Made by a program: the position numbers and the translations under genes. From assembly GCA_903913915.1 (NCBI GenBank), contig CAIWNE010000033.1, forward strand, positions 3,620 through 67,619: a DNA stretch of 64,000 bases. The letters are read 5' to 3'. The notes beneath the pieces are model-generated. The model saw only the letters and a list, made by a program, of their open reading frames with translations, did not search any database and had not been told where the DNA came from. This document shows positions 48,801 through 60,800 of this stretch, one piece after another. The DNA is from an uncultured Opitutia bacterium. GTDB taxonomy: Bacteria; Verrucomicrobiota; Verrucomicrobiia; Opitutales; UBA953. Numbering within the stretch: position 1 is the stretch's first letter; each line of letters opens with the position of its first letter.

Positions 48801-51800
48801 GGCGACGACCTGCGAAGCCGTCGGCGAGGTGTTCTGCAGGGGCGAGGTACCGCCGAAAACCAAGGCCGTCGTCGAAGGGAGCAGGTTCGTGGCCGTGGCG
48901 CCCGAAGCGCCGAAGCTGAGACGCAGCTCGCTCATCGAATTCACCGAAGTCGCCGAAGGACCGGGAGAACCCGTGCCGATGGTCGTGGAGCCCGTGTAAG
49001 TCTGGTTCGTGCTGAGCGTGAAGGTATCGTAACCGAGCTTGACGAGATTGCCGCCGGCACCGCTCAGGACGCCCGTGTAGGCGGAGCTCACGCCACCGCC
49101 GCCGACACGGAGGGTGATCGCGTTCGGGGTCGAGGCGTTGTCCGCGAGGGTGAGGTTGGTGGCGATGTTCAGTCCGCCGACGTTGAACACGTGGGACGAG
49201 ACCGACTGATCGAAGACCAGCGAACCGGAAAGGCTCGTAATCGAACTGCGGGAAAGAGCGTCCGAGTTGGCGAGGACGAGCGTGCCGGCCGAGACGGAAG
49301 TGGCTCCGGTGAAGGTGTTGGCGCCCGCAAGGGTCAGCGTGCCGAGACCGGCCTTGGTGAAGTTGCCGCTGGTGCTGTTGCGACCGCTGCCCGCGCCGGT
49401 CACGTTGCCGATGCTGCCGGCCAGGGTGACGTTGTTGCCGTTGGTATCGAAGGTCAGCGTACCGGACGGCATCGAGATGCCGCCGGGAATGGCGCCGAGG
49501 CCGCTCGTGATATCGGTCGTCGCGCCCGTGGCCCAGCGGATCGTGCCGCCGGTGGAAATAAGGCCGCCGGGGCTGAGGCCGAAATTGGCGCTGACGGTGC
49601 CCGGCAGGACGGTGAACCCACCGGTGGAGGTGAGGAGCAGGCCGCCGGTGAAGGTGTTCGAGCCCGTGAGCGTGACGTAGTTGCCGACGATGCTGACGTT
49701 GCCCGAGACGCCGCCGCCGATGGCGGTCTGGTAATTCAGGGTATTGCCGCCACCGCCGAGACGGTAGGATCCGGGGATGTACGGAGTCAGGGTGCCGGTG
49801 TAGGTCAGGTCGGCGCCGCTGGCGCCAAGCGACATGCTCGGGAGGAACAGCGGGCCGGCGCTGCTGAAGTCCAGATTCGCGGCCGAGGTCGCCGAGGTGA
49901 GGGAGATCGCGCCGGTGCTGGTGCCGTTGACGAAACGCTGGAGTCGGGCGAGCGCGGCGAGGGAGTCGACCGAGAGGGCGCCGCCGGTGGCGACGGTCAT
50001 CTGGCGGCCGATGTTGACGTTCGCGAAGGTGCTGGCGTTGATCAGGCCGCCGGAGCTGACGGTGATGTTGCCGTTGCCGAAGCCGAGGGTGGTGAGACCC
50101 GTGAGCGAGTTGACGCCGTTGAAGGTCAGCGTACCCAGGCCGAGCTTGGTGAGGCCTCCCGTGGTGTCGTTGAGCGTGCTGAGCGCGGAGGGGATCGTGA
50201 CGCTGGCGCCATAGCCGCCGCCGCCGAGGAGCGTGACGGTGGGCGTGGTGCCCGCCAGGTAGGTACCCGGCGAGGTGATGACGATGCCGGCGACCGAGCC
50301 GTTGCTCATGATCGCATAACCGGCGGCGGGTGAACCGCCCGGGGCGACGTTCGCCGAGCTGAAGACGACGGCAGGAGCCCCGATATACCCTGCCCCGCCG
50401 ATGACGGAAAGATTGGCCTGGGTGACGCCGTAGCCGCTGGCCGGGGCCAGGTTCGGCAACGTGACCACGAAGTTGTTCGTGTCGACCTTGATGCCGCCGA
50501 CGAAGGACGGCGCGCCGGCGACGGCGCTGTTGTCGATCGCGCCGAAGACGGTGTTGTTGAACGTGATCAGGCTGCTCGTCGTGCCCAAGGGCGTCGACGC
50601 GGCGTTCGCCTTGAGCGTGCCGCCCGCGAAATTGGTGTAACCATAGTCGCCCGTTCCGGTGGTGATGGAGACCGAATAGGTGCCACCGAGCGCCAACGTG
50701 CCGGCGTCCAGGTTCACCATGCCCATCGAGTTGTTCAATGTGCCACCGTTACCGTAACGCAGGTAGCCTTGGGTGCCGGTGTCGAACGTGCCACCGGTCA
50801 TGTTCAGGGTGCCGGCGGAAGCCGTGCCGAGGAACAGGCCGATGACGCCACCGACGATACCGGTGCGGTTGATGGTACCGCCGGTGCCGACCGTGAGCTG
50901 GCTCGTGCCCTGATAGGCCATGATGAACCAGGAGTCGCCGCCGGCGTTGTTCAAGGTGCCCGTGCCGCCGACATAGCCCACGCCGACGGAATTGGCGGTA
51001 TTATTGTTGAGGTTGAACCGACCGGTGCCGCCACCGAAGGTGTAGAGACCGCCGGTCAGCCCGAAGTAGCCATACGCGCCGCTGGCGACGAACTGGTTGG
51101 AATTATTGCTGTAGGTACCGAGGGTGACCGTACCGCCCGTCTGGTTGTAGGCCGTGGAAGCGCCGGCGACGCTGGCTCCCTGGTAGCTGAAGAGCGTGAC
51201 GTTGCCGTTGACGTTGATGACGCTGTTGCCCGGGATCGCGCCCTGGCCGAGGATCGAGGAACTCGTGCTGCCCGTGAGCGTACCGGTGAGATTCAGCGTA
51301 CCGAGACCGACGGTCACGTTGCCCGAAAGCGTGTTCGTCCCCGAGAGCGTCAGGGCGCCATAACCCGTCTTGTTGAGCGAAAGACTGAGGGCCGCGCCGT
51401 CGCGCAAGGTGCCGGAGAACGTGCTGTCGGTGTTGTCGGTGCCGACGTAGAGCGTCGAAGCGACCGGGCCGTTGTTCTCGACATAGCCGTTGCCGGCGAG
51501 GGAGCCGACATAGGCGATGTTGCCGGCGATACGCAGGATACCGCCGTTGATCAGGTTGACCTGGGAATTCGGGCTGAAGGCGTTCACCGCGCCGGCCGCC
51601 AGGACCGCGCCGTCCACCGTCGTCGTGCCGGAGTAACCGGCGCCGAACCAGGAATTGGTGGGCGGGAAGTAGTAGTTGGTCTGGAGCGAGTTGGCGAGGG
51701 TGCCCGCGATGGTCACGACGCCGCCGGCGGAACTCCTGATCGTCAAGCCGTTGGTCGCCGTGCCGCTGATGTTGCCGGCGAGGGTGAGCGTGGAGCCGTT

Positions 51801-54800
51801 GGCGCCGGTACCGTCGATGGTCCAAGTCTGCGGAGCGCCCAGCACGATCGGGGCGCTGATGGTGATGCTACCGGCGTTGGATTGGACCGCGATGCCGTCG
51901 GACGAGACGGAGGGAGCGATCGTCAGGGTGTTGATGTCCGGACCGCCGCCACCGATGGCGACGGACGTGACGCCGGTCGGGGTCGAAGTGAACACCAGGC
52001 CGCCGACGGTGAACGGGACGTCGAGGGTCGACGCGTAAGAGGTCGCGGAAGCCCCGGAAGCGCTGAAGATGACGCGGTTCGCCGCGCCGGGGAAGCCCTG
52101 CGCGTTGACCGAGCCCGCCGCGTCGGTCGTGAAGTTGGTATAGAAATTGGTCTTGTTGAAGGTCGACCAGCTGTTGTCGCTGCCGATCTTCCAATAGAGG
52201 TCGGTCACGCCGCCGGCGAAAGCGGTCGTGGTGAGCGACACCGCGGTATCGGTCGTGGCGAGGGAGAAGGCCTGACCGCCGAAGTTGGCGAGCTTGCCGA
52301 GCGAGAAGGTCGCGCCGGAGAGGCCGCTGCCGGCCGTGATGAGATTGTACGTGCCGGCCTGGAGCGCACCGATGCCGGTCAGGTTGATCAGCACGCGGTT
52401 GGCAGTGGTGGCCGCCCCGGTGGTGTTGATGCTGTCGTAGGCCGAAGTGCCGCCGATATCGAAGCCGAGGGTCGCGCCGGTGTAGGTGCTGCCGGCGGTC
52501 GCCGTGCCGAGTTCGAGGGCGCCGGCGCCGAGGTTGATAGCCTGGCCGGCGGAGTTGAAGAGATTGAGCGTGGCGCCCGCGGCGACCTTGATGGCCGACG
52601 TGGCGAGCGGCGCGGATGCGCCGCCGGTGATGTTCAGACGGCCGCCGAGGACGGAGGTCGAGCCGGTATAGGTGAACGAGGAACCCGAAAGCGTCAGGGC
52701 GCCGATGCCATCCTTGACGAAGTTGAGGTTGTTCTCGTTCGGACCGGTGCCGCCGATGGAGCCGGTGTAGGTGCTGCCGACGTCCTGCAGGACCGTGAGC
52801 GTCGAGTTGGCGGCATTGCCGCCGACGATGGCGTTGCTGTTGACCGAACCGAGCGCGCGCGTCGTGACGGCCGCGCGGGCGCCGTAGGTGCCGGAGGGCG
52901 TGGCGATGGAAAGGACGGGGGCGGAGCCGGGAATATAGGCGCCAGGATCCGTGACGACGATGTCGGTGATCTTACCGGCCGCCGAGACGACGGCGTAACC
53001 CTGCGCCGCGGTGGCGCCCATGAGGCCGCCGATCGCATCGAAAGCAAGGATCGGGAGGTTGCCCGGGAGATAAAGGTAGCCGTTGTCGACGATGGTCAGG
53101 TCGGCACGCTGGACACCGGTGACGGAAGACAGCGAGCTCACCGTCTGGTTGAGCGAGCCGCTGGCATTGCCGAGCTGGACGACGCCGGAGGTGCTGCCCG
53201 TGCCGAGGTTGAGCGCGGCGGCGGCGGAGATGCGGTTACCGGGACCGCCGCCAAGGACGAGGCGTCCGTTGGCCACGGTCGTGCTGCCGAGATAAGACGT
53301 GGTCGTGGCGAGGGTCAGCGTACCGGAGCCGGCCTTGGTGAGGCCGCCGGGGCTGGAGCCGACGGTAACGGAGCTGGTGCCGGTAAGCGTCGCGTTCAGG
53401 CTCATGCCGAACGACGTGTTGTCGGGCACGTTCGTGACCGTGGCGCCGAGAGGGACTCCGTTACCGCTGACGGCCATGCCGACCAGGATGCCGCCGGAGC
53501 CAAGGGTCACGCCGATAGCCTGGGGATTGCTGACCGTGGACAGCGTACCTGTGACGGTGGTGCTGCCGATGGCGTTGGTGAGCGTGATGCTGTTCGTGCC
53601 GGTGTCGATCGTGCCGCCCGCCGGAGCGAAGGTCATGACGCGGCTCGAGAGGTCGTCCGTGAAGCCGTTGGCGAGCTGCAAGGTGCCGCCCGCGAAGACG
53701 ATCGCGCCGGAACTGCCGCCGATGTTGGCCAGGGACGAGATCCTGACCGTGCCTTCGTTGATCGTGGTCTGGTAGCGCCCGGAACCGCCGCCCGCGACAT
53801 TGGTCGCCGCGAGCACGAGGGTGCCTCGGCCGGTCTTGGTGATGCTGGCGCTGGAAGCCAGGGGTGAGGCGATGGTCCCCGTGAGCTGCGGCGTGACGGC
53901 CGCGGAACTCGGGTTCATCACGCTGATGACGTATTCGCCGGTGCCTCCCAGGTAAATGTTGTCGAAGCCTCCGAGGGTGATGCCGTTGGCCGACGAAGGC
54001 GTCGCCCACGGGTTCATCGTGAACATGAGCGCTCCGCTGGCGAGCGAGAGCGTGTTGCCGGCGGAGCCGAGCGCGCTGAACGAACCGGAGGTCAGCGTGT
54101 TGTTATGCAGGATCAGCGAGTTGACCGTCGGGCTCCCGGTGACAGAAAGGTTGGCCGAGAGCGTTTCGCGGACGTTGGAGCCGGCGATGTTCGCGGCGAA
54201 GTTCGCGAACTCAGTCGTGGTGTCGAGCACGCGGAGCGAGACGGAGCCGGAGTCGTAGGTAACGAAGGAGTTACCCATGTTGTACTCCGTCGACTCGATC
54301 GAGCCGTTCCAGCTTTCTCCGACCATCCACGGGATGATGCTGACGGTCGTGCTGCCGGAAGCGCCGCCGGAACCGGTGTTCCAGGCCGCGTTGGAAGGCG
54401 GCGTGGTGACGGCCCACTTGGAGAAGCCGGTGCTGACGAAATTGCCGATCGGCGAGCCGACGAGGGTCTGTCCGCTGGCGGCGGCCGTGGCCGCGTTGCT
54501 CAACGTCACCGAGGAGGAGCTGTTGATCGCGGTGACGACCGTATTGGCCGCGAGGGCGTTGCCCGAGTAGGTGCCGATGGCCGGCAGGCTCATCGTGAAG
54601 CTCACGCCGTCCGCGGCGATGCTGGAGACGGTCGCGCCGGTGGCGACGCCCATGCCGGCGACGCCCATCCCGACCTTGAGGTTGGCCGTGCTGGTCACCG
54701 TGACGACATTGGAGCCGTAGGTGGTGACAGCAGAGGCGAGCGCGGCGGTCGGAAGGTTGGCGTTGGTGACGACCGAGCCGACGGTGATGAGGCTCGTATC

Positions 54801-57800
54801 GGCGATGCCGGTCACGACGGCGCTGTTCAGGGCCAAGGTGGCCGTGGTCAGCGAGACCGTGGAGGTGCGATAGCCGAGACGTCCGCCGCGGAAATCCGGG
54901 GTGGAGAAGTTCTGGCGGACGAGGTTGGCGAAGGTGTAGGCCGGCTGCGAATTGGAGGTCGCGTAGCTGGTGATGTAATTGGCGCCGCTCGCCAGGCTGA
55001 GGATGCCGAGGGTCTTGGTATTGGAGCCGCCGGAAGAGGAGCGGAGTTCGAGCCCCAACGGACGGGTTTCCGGATAGATGGAGCCGGCGACCGTATAGAC
55101 GCTCGGGGCGATGCTGCCCGCCGCGGAATTCAGCTGGAGGACCTGGGAGGTCGGGAAAATCTGGTTGGTGCCCGACTGGTCGAGATAAAGGGCGCCGTAA
55201 CGGTTGATATAGACGGAGGGAGTCAGACCGCCCGTTACACCGCTGTAAAGCAGGGCCACGTTCGTGGCGCTGCCGGCCATCTGCACGGAACCGCGATCGA
55301 TGATCAGGTTGCCGAAGCTGACGCTGTAATTGGAGAGCGTCAGGTTGGCGTTGCCCTGCACCATCACGTTGCCGAGACCATTGATTTCACCGCCGAAGGT
55401 GGTGGGGACGGTCTCATTGATGATGAGCGTCGCGCCGGCGCCGACCTTGAGGTAGTTGTAATTGGCGTTCGTCTGGCGGTTGCCGCCGGAGATCGAACCG
55501 ATCGTCTCGGTATAGGGAGTACCCGAGAAAAGTGCCTGGGTGGTGCCACCCGCGGTAAGCGCGTCGAGCGTGAAGGTGGTGCCGTCGACGATGCTGGTCA
55601 CGTGCCCGCCCATCGGGATATTGGAACCGGTGATGACCATGCCGACCGTGAGGCCGGCGGTACCACCGGCCATCAGGGTCTGCGCCGAACCGGTCGCCGT
55701 CGCCGGCTGGCTGAGGACGAGGGTGGTGCCGTTCTGGATGCCGACGATCGTGGTGCCGGGAGGAATGCCGTTGCCGCTGATGCCCAAGCCGAGCGAAAGA
55801 CCGACGGTGCTCGCGACGGTGACGAGATTGGAACCGGCGGTGGTCGCCGCGCTGGCGACGGTCGTCTGGGCGCCCGTCGTGACGACGTTGGAACCCAGCG
55901 AGTAAGTGCCGCTGGCGATGGCGGGTCCGTCCGAGACCATCGAGAACGAGCTCGAATCCTGGTTGGAGAAGACCAGCTGGGCGGTGTCGCCGATGCCGTA
56001 GCCGCCACGGCCGGTACGCGCCACTTCGATCGTGCCCGCCTGGACCTGCACCAAGCCCGAGAAGTCGTTGGCATTGGCGCCGCCGATCAGGCGCACCGTG
56101 CCCTCACCCGACTTGGTGATGGCCTGGGATCCGCCGACGTAAGAAGAGACGACGAGATTCTGGTTGCCGCCGGCCGAGCCGAGGCTGCCTTGGTCGACAG
56201 CGAAGAACAGCTCGCGGGTCGACGAACCGAGCGAGCCGCCGGAGATGACGGAACTATTGAGGGAATTGACCGTGGAACTCGCGACCGAAGACGTCTGCAG
56301 CAAGCCACCCGAGACGAGGCGGAGCTGCACGCCGTCGGAAATCGTGAGGGTGGAGTTGGCGCGGGCGTTGAAACGAAGCGAAGAAAGCGAGATCGGGGTG
56401 GCGACGATTCCCGTGAAACCGGTCACGTCCGAGACGTTGTCGGCATTGTTCCAGGTGGTGACATCGTCCTTACCCAACGTGTTGACCGCCACGATGTTAC
56501 CGCCGGTGGCAAAGCCCGCCGTGGTGACGGTGGTGGCGAAGCTGGTGACACCCGAACCGTCGGTGACGGTGGCAGCGGCGCCGAGGACGCCGACCATGCC
56601 CGTGAACACGTCGTTGGCGGTGGTAGTCGTGATACCGTTCGCAGAGCTCTGAGTGCCGCTCGGGAGGGTCAGTCGGACGGTGCCGGCAAGGCGCGAGATG
56701 ATCGGACCAAGATTGAGGACGAGCGACTGGCCGTTGTTCGTCGTGAGGCTGATCGCCGAATAGGCGCCGGTGTTACCCGTCGCGAGGGAAGGCAGCGTGA
56801 GGCCGGCCACGTTCTGGACGACCGCCGACGAGCTATTGCCCAAGAGGGAGACTGAACCACCGCGCAACTCGATGGCGGCGGCGGAGTTCAGGCGATTGGT
56901 CGCGGTAAGGTAGTTGAGGATCGTGAGACCCGCGTCGAAACGGTTCGTGTAGGTCGTACCGGAGATCTGGACCTCGCCACGGAGTTCCATCGTGCCGCCG
57001 CCGGTCTTCAGGATGCCGGTGCCGGCCCCGGAAATGATGGCGTCGATGACCAACTCGGGCTCGGTCGGCAGGAGGAGATTGCTCTTATAGACCGTGAAGG
57101 TGCGCTGGGCCGAAGAGCCCAGGCTGAGCACGCCCAGGCCCGACGTGCCGGAGATCAGCGCCTGCTGGGTATTATACTGGGAGTTGACGCTGAGATTGCT
57201 GGTCATCGTCAGCGTACCGCTGCCGAGGAGCAAAGTCGCCTGGGAATTGGCGTTGGCCGAGCTGTTGTAGAAATTGAGGCCGCCGATGCTCTGATTCGTC
57301 CCGTTGATGTCGAAGATCGCAGGGAAGGCGGAATTATTGATATAGAGCGTAGAGCCCGTGCTGAACTGCTGGCCGGCGCCGGAAGCGATCTGGATCGTAC
57401 CGCCGTCCAGGTAGGTGTTACCCGTCCAGGTGCTGGTGACCGGCATGTTCATGACGATCACCCCGGGGCCGACGTGCGTGAAGGTATTGCCCGTCGACGA
57501 AGTACCGTTGGTGAAACGACCTGCGAAGACGGAATACGAAGTCAGGTCGCTGCCGACACGGAAAGTCTGCACTGTTCCGGAGGAATTGGTGACGATCGGC
57601 ACGCCGACGGCCGAAAGGGTCAGTCCGGAGTGGGTGCCCAATGCCGCCGTGCTCAATACCAGGGTAGTGCCGTTGGTGATGCTGGCGATCGTGGTGTTCG
57701 CGGGGATGTCCGTGCTACCGCTGACGAACATGCCGGGCAGGAGGCCTGCCGTGCTCGCGACCGTGACGGTCGTCGTGCTATTGGTGACGGCGCTGGTAAG

Positions 57801-60800
57801 GGAGACCGGCGTGCCCCAGGAAGCCGAAATCGACCCCGGGCTGGCATAATATCCGTTCAGGTCGAAAGTCGTCTGCCCCTTCATCACCATGGGGTTAAGA
57901 TTGTTGCCTACGGGGTTGGAACCAGCCGTACCAGGAGTGGAACCGCCGGAGCTGGCGCCATTCTGAAGCTGCGAACCTTCATTGAGCACGAGCGGCCCTT
58001 GGAAGGTGTTAGCGCCGCTCAGTTTCAGGATACCCGAACCATTGCCCAGCGTGATCGCGCTCGGCCCCAGGACGGTCAGACCACCGCTACCGCTGACGAC
58101 GCCGGCGAGCGTGAGGGTGACGCCGGGGGTGGAGACGAAGATGTTGGCGTTGCCGCCGATGAGATTGAACGTGTGGCTGTCGGCGGTCGTACCTGATGCC
58201 AGCGTGCCCGTCGCGCCGGTGTAGATAAGGGTCGAACCGTCGCGGAGATTGACCGCCGTCGCGACACCGAGGCCCAGCGTACCCGCGCCGGAGGCAGCGA
58301 CGCTGCTGAAACTGAGCGAGCCGCCGTCGACCGTGACGGCACCCGTGAAGGAGTTGTTGCCCGACAAGACCAAGGCGCCCGGACCGGCCTTGACCAGCGT
58401 GACTGGGTTGGTGCCGTTATTGGCGACACCCGCCGAAAGGGTCACCACGCCGGTCGAGTACTGCTGGAGGATCAGGTCGTAAGTCCCGGCCGCGTTGCCG
58501 GTGATGATCTGCCCCGTCGTGCCGGAACCGGAAATGGCATAGTTCGTCGAACCGGTGAACAGGATGCCGTTGTTGACGGTCAGCGTGTTCGTCGCGCCAA
58601 GCGCCAAGGCGTCCGTGCCGGCAGCGCCGGCGATCTTGATCGTGCCGGCAGCGACCGAGCCGGCCAAAGTCAACGGACCGGTCTGGAGGTAGTTGACGGT
58701 GGCGACGCCCCCGGTGTTGGGCAGGACGAGGTAGTTGCTGCCGGTCAGCGTGGCGGTACCCGCGGTAGCGGCGGAGCTCAGCACGAAGGTGACACCGTCG
58801 GTGATGCTGGAGACCACGGCGCCGGCCGGGATGGTGGAGCCGGAGCCGGTGATGTTCATGCCGACCTGCAGGCCGGCGGTGCCGCCCGCCTTGTAAGTCT
58901 GGCCCGAGGCGGTCGAGTAAGCCGGCTGGCTGATCGTGACGGTCGTCGTGCCGACGCTGGTGATGACCGAGCCGGCAGGGATGCCGGCGCCGCTGATGCC
59001 CATGTTGGCGGACAAGCCGGCGATGCTGCCGACGGTGACCGTCGTGCTGCCTGCCGTGGTCGCGCCGCCGGTGATCGTCGTCTGCGCGGCCAGCGTCACG
59101 GTCGCGGAAGCCGTCGTCGTGATCGAGCCAAGCGAGACCTGATTGGAACTGGGCGTCGAGCTGAGCCCGGCGAGCAGCGAACCCGTGGTCGTGCTCGTGG
59201 TCAGCCAGTTATAGTTCGTGCCGTCGAAGAAGACCGCGCGGCCGGCGCCGATGATGCCGTTGGCGACGCCGGTGGTGGAAAAGACCGTGGTCGGAGTCGC
59301 GGTGCTGTTCAGCGGAGCGGAGACGAGCAACGCGCCCCCCGAGGTCGTCATGCCGATCGCGCCCAAGGTGAGCTTCGTGCCGGTCGCATCACCGCCGGTC
59401 AGGCCGATGGTACCGCCGCCTAGGCCCAAAGTGACGGCGCCCAAGGACTGCGATGCGGCCAACCCGGCCTTGCCGAGGAGGCTGAAATTGCCGCCAGCGA
59501 CCGCCAGCGTACCGCCGGTCGAGGCGCCAACCGACATCAGCGAAGAAGAAGTGGCGGCGACGCCCGTGACGTAGGTTCCGGAAGCATTCGGGACCGCGCT
59601 GGCCACGAAGTGCGTGGCGTCGGTGATGCTCGCGACATACTGGCTGCCGGTGAACGGCGTGCCGGAAAGCAGCATGCCGACGGCGAGGCCGGCCGTGGAA
59701 CTGACGGTGACGGTCGTCGAAGCCGTGTTCGTGGTGACGACGCCGAGCGAGGAGGTGAGCGCCTGGCCGCTGGCGTAATCGAGGACGAAGGTGCCGCCGT
59801 TCAAGGTGGTGGCGCCGGTGTACGTGCTCGAAGCCGTCGGACGCAGCGTGAACGTGCCGGCGCCAACCTTGGTGAGCGCGAGGCTCGTGCCGTTGACCGA
59901 GGTCAGCGTGCCCGTGAAGACCGAGTTCGTGAAGTCGTCGCGCCCCAAGGTCAGGACGGCCGCGGTCGTGCTGGAGTTCGTGACCGTGCCGCTGCCGGCG
60001 AGCGAGCCGATCGTCTGGGCGTACGAGTTGAGGTTTAAGGTGCTGCCCGTGTTGACCGTGACGTTGGTGTGGAGCGGCGTGACGCTCGCGGCGCCGAAGA
60101 TGAGCTGGGACCAGTTGGTGCCGTTGCCGATGGTGGTCGAACCGCCGTAGGTCAGCACCGCGGTGGAAAGCAGCACCGAACCGCCGGTCGCGGAACCGTC
60201 GATGTAGAGGTTGCCGGCGGTCGTGATCATCGAGCCGACCGAGATGCGGCCGGAGCCGGCGAGATGCAGGTCCGAGATGGCCGAACGCAGGCCGCCCGTG
60301 ATGCTCAGCGTGGTATTGCTTCCGTTGGCCGTGGCGGCGGTGATGGTCAGCGCGTCGTTGAACATCACGCCGGCGCTGATCGTATCCAGGACCGTGCCCG
60401 ACTTGGTGATCGTGACCGGCGTGGAACCGACACCGTCCATGAGCAGGTAACCGGCGACGACGGTGCCGTTCGCGACGTTGGACTGCAGGCCTCCGGCGAC
60501 CGTGAATGCGGACGCGCTGTTCGTGTCGCCGAGATTGAAAGTACCCAGTTTGACGAGCTTGTTGAGGGCCACCGTCTGCGCCGAAGCGATGGAAACATTC
60601 AAGTTCGCCGTATCGCCGATCGCATCCGGGAAGGCCGTGCCGCCGACCCAGTTCGAGCCGGAATTCCAGTTCCAGCCGGAGCCGGTGCTGCCGTTCTGCT
60701 GGGACCAGGTGAGGTTCGCGGCGCGGGCGGGCTGCGTGGTGGCGACACCCACGCTCAGGAGCGCGGCGGCGACCATCAAGGACGCTCGCGAAAACAGGGG

